Below are positions 1 through 7,002 of a stretch of DNA of 12,243 bases, piece after piece. The DNA lies in the NCBI GenBank assembly GCA_040752415.1, contig JBFMGU010000303.1:1-12243 (forward strand), given 5' to 3'. The DNA comes from Myxococcota bacterium. Lineage in GTDB: Bacteria; Myxococcota; JACRCW01. Every line of letters starts with the position of its first letter. Position 1 is the stretch's first letter. The notes under the pieces were generated by a model. The model saw only the letters and a program-made list of their open reading frames with translations. It was not told where the DNA came from and ran no database searches. The translations under genes were made by a program, and so were the position numbers.

Positions 1-1
1 T

Positions 2-1912
2 GTTGGCGGGCTGCTGCGCGGGTTGCGCGGGTTGGGCCGCGGGTTGCTGCGCGGTGGGCTGCTGCGTGGCGGGCTGGGCGGGAGGAGGTGTCTCCGACGG
101 AGCCTGGGCCACCTGCGCCGGCTTCTTCTCGAACGCGCCCAGCGCGGCGGCCAGGCCCACGCCACCCACGACGAGACCGAGCACGCCCACCGCCATCATG
201 CCGATCACCATCGGGCTGAAGCGCGAGGCGGGCTCCGGCTTGAAGGGCACGGAGGCGGTGACGTTGCGCTTGCCGGGTTTGTCGTCGGTGAGGCCGGGGA
301 AGGCGGCGTCACCCTTGGTGCCGAGCAGCGCGCTGAGCGGCGCCTCGATGGAGTCGTCGTCGGCGGGGGGCGGCTTGGGGATGGCGTCCGCGGCCTTGGC
401 CGGCCCGTCCTTCACCTTGGCGCCCGAACCGCTCTTGCGGGAGGTGAGCGCGGAGAGCTCGTCGTCGACCAGGGAGGCGAGCGCGCTGGCCGCACCGGGC
501 TTCCAGCTGGGCTCCTCCTCCTCACGCGGCTGGGTGAGCGCGGGGAGCGGCGCGGATGCCGCCTTGGCCACGGACGCCTCCGCCGCGCTGGCCGCCTGGT
601 AGACGCCGGTCATGCCGCGCGGGCGCCACATCTCCTCGCTGGCGTCGTCGCCCGCGGGGGCGAGGCCGAGCGAGGGAGACGGCGGAGGCACCGACGCGCT
701 GGGAGACAGCGCCGGCGCAACCACCGGCTCCACGTCCACCGGCGGCTTCTTCCGCTGCGGGACCAGGTCCAGCAGGTACTTGAGCTCCTTGACGTCGCGG
801 GCGGGGATCCAGTCCGCCATGCCGGTGCGCCACACCAGGCTCTCGGCGGTGATTTCGCCCTTCATCCAGTGGTTCTCCACCTGCTCCAACGAGAGCGGAC
901 CCTGCTGCTCGTCGTTGATGGCGGCGTACCACTCAATGGGCGCCTTCTCGCCCTTGGCTTCCTTCTCGACCTTCTCGGCCTTCTCGGCCTTGTCCTTCTT
1001 GCGCTTGGCTTCGCCGTTCTTCTTCTCGCCGGCGCCTTCACGGAGCTTGTCCGCCTCGTCGGAGGTGTAGACCTTGGTGGGCTTGCGGTCGTCGGGGGTG
1101 GCACCAGGCGCGCCGCCGAACAGGCCGTCAAACGCGCCCGCCAGCTCCTGCTCCAACTCCGGGCTGGCGCCGTTGCCGTTGGCGCCCGGGGGCGGCGGAA
1201 GGAAACCGTCCCCCGTGGGCTCGGCGGGAGGCGGAGGCGGCGCGGGGGCGACGGCGGCACGCGCGCGGTGCTTCTCCAGCGCGGCCATGACGTCCTCGGA
1301 AGGCGGCGCGGCCAGCGTGGGGCTGGAGGACTCGGAGTGCTGCTGCTTGGCCGCCCACTCGTCCACGGAGCCTTGCGCGGTGGCCTTCTCCTCCTGCAGC
1401 GCGGGAGCGGCGGGCTCGTTCTCCATGGCGGGTGCGCCCATGGAGGCGAACGCGTCGCCATTTGCGTCGGCGGCGGGCTTGCCCAGGCCCAGGTCGTCTG
1501 CGGAGGGGCGCTGCATGTTCACCACGGTGGAGTCATCTTCCGCCTTGTCCGCCCTGGCGGTGGGCGGCGTGGTGGTCTCCTCCGACGGAGGCGGCGGCGG
1601 CACGGCCGCCATGCGAGCGCGGGATGCGGTGCGACCACCCGTGCTCACGCCCATGTCAGCGCCCACCGCCTGCATCTTGGCGCGCGACGCGGTGCGCACC
1701 GGCGCGGCGGCCGCCTGGCTTTCTCCGACGGGAGACAGTGCCATGGCGCTCTTCTCTTGCATGGACGCCGGGTCATCTGCCTCCGCACCGTTACCGGGGC
1801 GGATGATGATGACATTTCCGCACTTCTTGCATTTGACCTTCACCCCACGCGCGCCGACCTTCTCGTCCGCGATGAGGTACTGGGCCTGACAGCTGTCACA
1901 GACAAACTTCAT
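2..1912 (-). CDS. gltJ: Adventurous gliding motility protein GltJ/AgmX-like (N-terminal zinc ribbon, GYF_2 domain, single TM helix, Pro/Gln-rich periplasmic linker); 3' end runs off the window
   Basis: Manual translation from ATG at 1912 is open to the window edge. N-terminus MKFVCDSCQAQYLIADEKVGARGVKVKCKKCGNVIIIRP is a CxxC...CxxC MJ0042-type zinc ribbon. EWYAAINDEQQGPLSLEQVENHWMKGEITAESLVWRTGMADWIPARDVKEL (~770-934) is a GYF_2 domain. It also has a WKPGAASALASLVDDEL motif, a TM segment MVIGMMAVGVLGLVVGGVGLAAALGAF (131-211) and PAQ repeats. The architecture matches myxobacterial GltJ/AgmX. The ORF track misses it because it has no stop in the window. Confidence 0.88.
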   Translation of the reverse strand, partial: MKFVCDSCQAQYLIADEKVGARGVKVKCKKCGNVIIIRPGNGAEADDPASMQEKSAMALSPVGESQAAAAPVRTASRAKMQAVGADMGVSTGGRTASRARMAAVPPPPPSEETTTPPTARADKAEDDSTVVNMQRPSADDLGLGKPAADANGDAFASMGAPAMENEPAAPALQEEKATAQGSVDEWAAKQQHSESSSPTLAAPPSEDVMAALEKHRARAAVAPAPPPPPAEPTGDGFLPPPPGANGNGASPELEQELAGAFDGLFGGAPGATPDDRKPTKVYTSDEADKLREGAGEKKNGEAKRKKDKAEKAEKVEKEAKGEKAPIEWYAAINDEQQGPLSLEQVENHWMKGEITAESLVWRTGMADWIPARDVKELKYLLDLVPQRKKPPVDVEPVVAPALSPSASVPPPSPSLGLAPAGDDASEEMWRPRGMTGVYQAASAAEASVAKAASAPLPALTQPREEEEPSWKPGAASALASLVDDELSALTSRKSGSGAKVKDGPAKAADAIPKPPPADDDSIEAPLSALLGTKGDAAFPGLTDDKPGKRNVTASVPFKPEPASRFSPMVIGMMAVGVLGLVVGGVGLAAALGAFEKKPAQVAQAPSETPPPAQPATQQPTAQQPAAQPAQPAQQPAN

Positions 1913-2091
1913 CTTGGCGCTCTCGGCCTCAATCCCAGGCCCCGGTCCGGCACCCAACATAACGGCCCAAACGGCCAGGCCGCCTGAAGGATCTCCTGGG
2001 GGGAATTGCCGAAACGGTAGTCGGCGGTTTGGATGCCGGTCAACTTCCAACCCCGAATTCTTGAGCCTTCGCCGGAGCTTTGGCGACGCAC

Positions 2092-4191
2092 CTAGAACCA
2101 GAGCGTCTCCAGCGCCTCCGTGACCCGCGGGACCGCGTGCATGCTGGTGGAATTGGTCTCCTCGTAGTGGTCCACCGGCTCGCAGAACCAGGGGTCGGTG
2201 GGGGAGACCTCCCAGGCGTAGGACGGAACCAGGTATCCCACCTCGTCGTTGGCCAGGCCCATGGTCATCTTGAAGCGGCCCTTGAGGCGGTCCTTGAAGT
2301 ACGGGCCGGCGGGCGCCTTGCTCATGTCCGGCGCAGCGCACAGCTCGCAGCTCTCGCGGTCGCACGTGTCATTGCGCTGGGAGCAGGTGTTCTTGTCCGG
2401 GCAGTGCGTGGCGGGCACCAGCTCGCGGCCGTGGCTCTTGCTGCCGTCGTAGCCGCCCACCGCCAGCTCGGGGAACAGCTCGCCGGGCACGCCGTAGAGC
2501 GCCAGCTCGCCGAGCTGGAGGTTGAACACCTCGCTTTTGATGAACGGCGGCACGTCGTTGTAGTCCGCCTCGGGGTCACGCACGGCGCCGTCGGCGGTGT
2601 AGGCCAGGCGGTCGAAGATGCCGTTGTAGAAGGCCACGCGGAAATAGATGTTCTCGATGGGCAAGAGGATGGTCCGCGCGCGCACCTTCAGCTCCGCGGT
2701 GTCCATGCGCTCCGCCCCGTCGAGGATCTCCAGTGCCTTGTCGGCGAGCAGGTAGCCGTACGCGTCGGTACGCGCGAAGGTGTAGTTGCCGCGCGGGTAG
2801 ACGGTGCCGTCGCGCGCGGTGACGTCAAATCCGTTGGGGCCCATGATGCCGCCCACCGCGCCCTGCATGTAGACGGCCACCCCGCCGCGCCCGGCGCGCG
2901 CCGGCTTGTCTCCCTCCGCGGGCAGCCCGCTCTCGACCCCCAGGCGTAGCGTGTGGCTGTAGTCGCTGCTGACGTGGCTGTTGGCGGAGGACAGGCTCTC
3001 CGGGTGGTTGCCCCAGTTCACCATCGTGAAGATCGTGGCGCTGTTGTCCAGGCGGCGCGCTTCCACCACGGTCATGGTGTCGTCGAAGATCTGCGGGTCC
3101 CGACCGTCATGCAGCAGCCCCTCCACGCCGGTGCCGTCCTGGCCCACGTGGATGGACGCCGGGGTCAGCTCACTGACGGCCTGCGCCGCCGCCTCCACGA
3201 TCATCTCGACGATCTGCGCATTGAATCCCTCCGGCCGCCCCGACGTCAGCGGGACCTCCTGGATGGGGTCGATGAAGCCCCACTGGCCCAGCGCGTCGGG
3301 CGCCTCATGCGTGTGCGTGCCGCTGACCGAGAGGTAGTCCACCTCGGGAGCAACCTGCTTGAGCTGCTCCCGCGCGCGCTCCACCTCCGTGTAGAAGAAA
3401 CCCACCACGTCGACACTCACCATCACCACCGTGGTCTCACCGGTCTTGAGCGCCAGTGCGCGCACCCACAGCTCATCCTTGATGCCCATGGCGGGACGGT
3501 TGTTGCCAAACCCGGCAATCCAGAGGCCCTGGAAGATGCGGTCGCCCTCGCCCTCGTCGGGGCCGGTGTACGCGTGGTCTTCTCCGTCGGTGGCGCCGTC
3601 GCCGTCGTTGTCCAGTCCGTCGGTGGCCTGGGCGCCGCTCTCCGGGACGTTGTCGGGGCACAGCCGATCCTGGCCGCAGTCATGGAAGTAGTCGGGGAAG
3701 CCGTCGCGCTCGCTGCCGTCGGCGTCGGGCGCGGTGTAGCCGGGGTCATCCACCACGCCGTCGCGGTCGTTGTCGCGGCCGTCGGTGGCCTCGTTCACGT
3801 CGGCGGTGGCGGGGTCATCCTCCTCGGCGCGGTTGTTGGGGCACAGCCCGTCCACGCCGCAGTCCTCCGCGAACTTGTCGTGCAGCTCCCCGCAGTATGC
3901 CCGACCGAAGGTGGCCAGCATGATGGGGTCGCAGCGGTCGGGGTGGCCGCTGTCCAGGTACTCAATGCGTGCAATCTCGAAGCCCCTGGGTGTGATCACC
4001 CGCTTGGCGGCACCGGCCAGGATCTGCTGCGCGCCACCCTGCGCACATCCCGACTGACCGGGACAGTCCACCACCAGCGTGGGGTCTGGCGGGGTGGTGT
4101 CGCCGGCGTCGGGGTTCTGTCCGGTGGTGCTGGGCCCGCACGAGGGAGCGAGCGCCAGCGCCAGTGACACACCCAGGAGCTTGAGACGCAT
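2092..4191 (-). CDS. Neutral/alkaline non-lysosomal ceramidase-family metallohydrolase, predicted lipoprotein (699 aa)
   Basis: Start revised to ATG 4191: AAGAGG SD 6 nt upstream, signal MRLKLLGVSLALALAPSC with lipobox Cys. Family motifs seen: AGAAKRVITP, WIAGFG..RPAMGIKDELWVRALAL, VSVD, SGTHTHEAP, NWGNHPE, SSDY, QGAVGG, PGELFPE, GLANDEVGY, HYEE. The true substrate is not established. Confidence 0.85.
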   Translation of the reverse strand: MRLKLLGVSLALALAPSCGPSTTGQNPDAGDTTPPDPTLVVDCPGQSGCAQGGAQQILAGAAKRVITPRGFEIARIEYLDSGHPDRCDPIMLATFGRAYCGELHDKFAEDCGVDGLCPNNRAEEDDPATADVNEATDGRDNDRDGVVDDPGYTAPDADGSERDGFPDYFHDCGQDRLCPDNVPESGAQATDGLDNDGDGATDGEDHAYTGPDEGEGDRIFQGLWIAGFGNNRPAMGIKDELWVRALALKTGETTVVMVSVDVVGFFYTEVERAREQLKQVAPEVDYLSVSGTHTHEAPDALGQWGFIDPIQEVPLTSGRPEGFNAQIVEMIVEAAAQAVSELTPASIHVGQDGTGVEGLLHDGRDPQIFDDTMTVVEARRLDNSATIFTMVNWGNHPESLSSANSHVSSDYSHTLRLGVESGLPAEGDKPARAGRGGVAVYMQGAVGGIMGPNGFDVTARDGTVYPRGNYTFARTDAYGYLLADKALEILDGAERMDTAELKVRARTILLPIENIYFRVAFYNGIFDRLAYTADGAVRDPEADYNDVPPFIKSEVFNLQLGELALYGVPGELFPELAVGGYDGSKSHGRELVPATHCPDKNTCSQRNDTCDRESCELCAAPDMSKAPAGPYFKDRLKGRFKMTMGLANDEVGYLVPSYAWEVSPTDPWFCEPVDHYEETNSTSMHAVPRVTEALETLWF

Positions 4192-4207
4192 GGTCAACCT
4201 CTTGGGC

Positions 4208-5266
4208 TCACTGCGTGGGGAGCAGGCCCTGCGGAGAGAAGATGGTGACGCTGTCCGGGTAGATGTACGCGCTGACCTTGCCCGCGCTGATGACCTGTCC
4301 ACCGGCGAGCACCTTGCCCTCCAGCTCCTGCTTGCGACCCGCCGTCTCATTGGTGACAGCGTAGACGTTCAGCATGGCAAACAGGCCGTCATTGTTGGTG
4401 CTGGTGCGCTGGATGGCGGGCTTGGGGTCCTCTGCGCCGTCAAAGTAGACGACCTTCGCCGTCGGGGTGTCGATGCAGGAGCCGCCGACGGTGGCGTTCA
4501 TCACGCTGCGGCCCTCACCCTGGCAATCCCGCACCTCACCGGCGATGACGCCGCGGCCCTTCAGGTCGTTGAGGTTGTTGCCACCCTCGACGGTGCGACC
4601 CGCGAGCGGCGGGATGGTGGCGTAGGTGGACGCGTAGATCATGTTGGCGGCGTACTCGTAGGTGCCGTCGTTGTCGGTGTCATGACGGTCCGCGCGGATG
4701 ACGACGTTGTAGTGGTACGTGTCCACGGCCTGCTTCTGCGCACCGGCGGCGGCCTGCTCGTAGGTCTTGTAGATGAGCGGTGTGTTGGTGGGGATGTTGC
4801 TGATGGTGTACTTGCCCTCGAACTCGCACTCGCTGGCGTCGACGAGCTCGATGGCGACGTCACCGTAACGCGGCGTGTCCTGGTTGGGGCCGGGGTTCTG
4901 GTCAATGCCGTAGACGGAAAGACGGAGGCCGGCCTTGGCGCGCGAGCCGACGCCGAAGATGTCCAGGCAGCCGGTGACCGTGACGTTCTGGCTGGCGCCC
5001 AGCGACGCGGGCGTGGTGTAGCAGGAGAGGTCCGGCGCGCCGCCCTCCTTGAGGGCCGCCTCGGTGGTGGGCGCAATGACGTTGGCGCCGGTCTCCGCGC
5101 AGCCCTCGGGAACGCCGGTGCCGCCGCTGCTCGTCGAGCCGGTGCTGCCGCCAGTGGTTCCGCCGGTGGTGGCGCTACCGCCGCCCTCGCTGCAGGCGGA
5201 TGTGAAGGTGGTGGCAACCCCTGCTGCAAGGATCAACAGGGAGAATCCAGCGTTCTTCCAGGTCAT
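4208..5266 (-). CDS. Uncharacterised lipoprotein with beta-sandwich (carboxypeptidase-regulatory-like) domains (352 aa)
   Basis: ATG 5266 is preceded by GGAG at 6 nt. Signal MTWKNAGFSLLILAAGVATTFTSAC, then a Gly/Ser/Thr tether. Segments EGKYTISNIP and TSTNNDGLFAMLNV resemble the T..DG.F.h..h pattern of carboxypeptidase-regulatory-like domains. Its stop lies 16 nt before the ceramidase-like start. Confidence 0.8.
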   Translation of the reverse strand: MTWKNAGFSLLILAAGVATTFTSACSEGGGSATTGGTTGGSTGSTSSGGTGVPEGCAETGANVIAPTTEAALKEGGAPDLSCYTTPASLGASQNVTVTGCLDIFGVGSRAKAGLRLSVYGIDQNPGPNQDTPRYGDVAIELVDASECEFEGKYTISNIPTNTPLIYKTYEQAAAGAQKQAVDTYHYNVVIRADRHDTDNDGTYEYAANMIYASTYATIPPLAGRTVEGGNNLNDLKGRGVIAGEVRDCQGEGRSVMNATVGGSCIDTPTAKVVYFDGAEDPKPAIQRTSTNNDGLFAMLNVYAVTNETAGRKQELEGKVLAGGQVISAGKVSAYIYPDSVTIFSPQGLLPTQ

Positions 5267-5535
5267 GGGTGGCTCCATAAAGTGGCCAGCAGGCCGCAAG
5301 AGGGCGCGCAACCTACACCGCGCCGCGGAAGAGGGCCAGAGCGGTTGGCTGGTGCGGTCACACGCGTGTGCGTTCCGCTGGCGCCGGTGTTTGCGCCGCA
5401 TCCCCGCGCTGTGTTCGTCGTGCGCTCCCCAGTGCGCCGCAGGTCCTCGACGTCACCGCGTTTCCATCGCGATGGACACCCGACCAGCGCCCGGACGTTG
5501 CAGTGGTCTCGAGCCGGGCTTATCGATCATGCGCA

Positions 5536-6009
5536 ATGGCCACACGCAAGCGCCCGCGTCGTCCATCCGCCGAGCTTCCGCCCTCCGCAACCGGGGAAGG
5601 CCGGGCTGGGCTGCTCTACGAGCACATGATGGACCAGTTCCGGCTGCTGGCGGAGGGGCAGGTTGCACTGAGCGAGAAGATGGATCGGCAGTTCGCCGAT
5701 ATGCGGGCGTGGGTCGAGATGCGGTTGCGCGCGGTGGAGGCCGCCATCACGCATCACTCCGAGGAGATCCGGGCGCTGCAGATGGCGGCGGCGCAGAACA
5801 GCGAGGACATCAAGGAACTTCGAGGCGACGTCAAAGTCTTGAAGACGGACGTCGCTCAGCTCAAGGCGGACGTCGCTCAACTCAAGGCGGACGTCGCTCA
5901 ACTCAAGGTGGACGTCGCTCAGCTCAAGGATGCCGTCGTCCACAGGGACGACGTCGTCGGCCTCGAAACAAGGGTCGCCGCACTTGAGAGGCACGTCGGA
6001 ATCGCGTGA
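5536..6009 (+). CDS. Hypothetical coiled-coil protein (157 aa) with DVAQLKA heptad repeats
   Basis: Continuous heptad pattern (SEEIRALQ...SEDIKELRGDVKVLKTDVAQLKADVAQLKADVAQLKVDVAQLKD...LETRVAALE) and GC-rich third codon positions. The start is uncertain (ATG 5536 or downstream Met codons near 5626-5629) and there is no clear SD. Confidence 0.75.
   Translation: MATRKRPRRPSAELPPSATGEGRAGLLYEHMMDQFRLLAEGQVALSEKMDRQFADMRAWVEMRLRAVEAAITHHSEEIRALQMAAAQNSEDIKELRGDVKVLKTDVAQLKADVAQLKADVAQLKVDVAQLKDAVVHRDDVVGLETRVAALERHVGIA
5848..5931 (+). repeat. Coding tandem repeat, 4 x 21 bp (GACGTCGCTCARCTCAAGGNN), plus two degenerate units from 5806
   Basis: Units start at 5848, 5869, 5890 and 5911. They are contiguous with no spacers and each encodes one heptad. 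Confidence 0.95.
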
Positions 6010-6021
6010 GCCGTCGGAACA

Positions 6022-7002
6022 TCACCGCGCCACCGCGCATGCCTCGCGCGCTGGCGGCTGCAGCTCGGTGATGAGCCGGGCACGCGCCGTCACGGATTCT
6101 CTCGACGCCATCCGCACAAGCGCCTGACACGCCACGGCCGCCGCGTCGGGCTCCGGGCCCTTGGCCAGCGTCACCAGCTGCGGAACCACCGACGTCATCC
6201 CACGCGTCCCCGCAAACCGCGCCGCCGCCAGTCGTCCCGCGCCCGCACGACCTTCCAGCGCCCTCACGATGCGCGGCTCCACCAGCTCGGGTCGCGACGA
6301 CAGCGCGCGGATGGCCGACGCGACCACCTCGGGCTCCTCCGTGACGGCGATGCGCTCCGCCGTGGCCTGCTGCAACACGTCGTCGCCAGAGCGCCCCGCG
6401 AGCTGCGCCGCCACCACGCGCAATGACGCTGGCCTCGTGGCATCCGCGAGCAACCCCAGCAACGCACGACGAGAGGGCTCGGTGAGCGGGGGGAGCTTCT
6501 GCAGCACCATGAGGTCGCGGGCGGCGCCCCCGGCGAGACGCGGAACGGGACCGGCCATGACCTCGACGAGCGCAGAGGCGCGCGCATCCGGGTCCCGCGC
6601 CCGACACAACGTCTTCACCACGGCTTCCGCCGCCTTCACCTCGTCGGGCGCGAGCCGCACCACCTCGCTGGAGGCTTGTTCCACGCTCCACGCGTCGGGG
6701 GGAACCTCCGGGTCGCGGTGTGGGCTCTGGGAGGCGGGAATCAACGGAAAGATCACCGTCTCCCCCACGACGTAATCCGCCGAATGATCCCCCAGCTCAT
6801 GCACCGTGATGCTGCGCGGCCCCTTCCCCTCGACGCACGGCGCACTGACGACGTTCACCTCCACACGCTGCACCGTTCCCGCGCGCGGCTTGACCGCCTG
6901 CACCTTCCCAATGACGACGAGCGAAGCGCCCTGGATGAGCGAGGTGGGCGTCCGCATCCCGCCAAAGAGATGCGCCGCCACCACCAGGTACAGCGGGATC
7001 AT
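6022..7002 (-). CDS. HEAT-repeat-containing hypothetical protein with N-terminal beta domain, possibly exported (326 aa)
   Basis: ATG overlaps the upstream TGA (ATGA, 6999-7002). Hydrophobic N-terminus. Beta-rich region ASLVVIGKV...YVVGETVIFPL, then helical repeats (PASLRVVAAQLAG, EPEVVASAIRALS, GRLAAARFAG, EPDAAAVACQALVRM) typical of HEAT/PBS-lyase repeats. Confidence 0.7.
   Translation of the reverse strand: MIPLYLVVAAHLFGGMRTPTSLIQGASLVVIGKVQAVKPRAGTVQRVEVNVVSAPCVEGKGPRSITVHELGDHSADYVVGETVIFPLIPASQSPHRDPEVPPDAWSVEQASSEVVRLAPDEVKAAEAVVKTLCRARDPDARASALVEVMAGPVPRLAGGAARDLMVLQKLPPLTEPSRRALLGLLADATRPASLRVVAAQLAGRSGDDVLQQATAERIAVTEEPEVVASAIRALSSRPELVEPRIVRALEGRAGAGRLAAARFAGTRGMTSVVPQLVTLAKGPEPDAAAVACQALVRMASRESVTARARLITELQPPAREACAVAR

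Noticed and set aside
945..1005. 9-nt CCTTCTCGG-like repeats, and the PAQ repeats at 2-80
   Set aside because: Explained by low-complexity coding (KAE/KVE and PAQ runs) within gltJ.
23..1987. 654-aa plus-strand ORF and the other plus-strand ORFs at 3-602, 612-1070 and 1074-1889
   Set aside because: Antisense shadows of the minus-strand gltJ frame, which has recognisable domains. These translations are Arg/Gly/Ala-rich with no motifs, typical of high-GC DNA.
2069..2086. Short hairpin after the ceramidase-like stop as a terminator
   Set aside because: Only 5 Watson-Crick pairs on the transcribed (minus) strand and no U-tract.
4192..4350. N-terminal extension of the ceramidase ORF (likewise the extensions starting at 5401, 5368, 7655 and 7520 for other ORFs)
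   Set aside because: For the three lipoproteins, internal ATGs with SD sequences and signal peptides (4191, 5266, 7694) fit better. The 4350 extension overlaps the upstream gene, and the 5401/5368 and 7655/7520 extensions overlap each other across divergent promoter regions.
5379..5394. TGGCGCCGGTGTTTGC as a sigma54 promoter
   Set aside because: GG-to-GC spacing is 11 nt, not the strict 10 nt required.
2080..5629. Plus-strand ORFs 2080-2949, 2953-4167 and 4079-5629
   Set aside because: Antisense shadows of the ceramidase-like and lipoprotein genes.
5848..5931. 21-bp repeats as a CRISPR array
   Set aside because: The units are contiguous with no spacers, lie in frame within a coiled-coil ORF, and there are no cas genes in the window.
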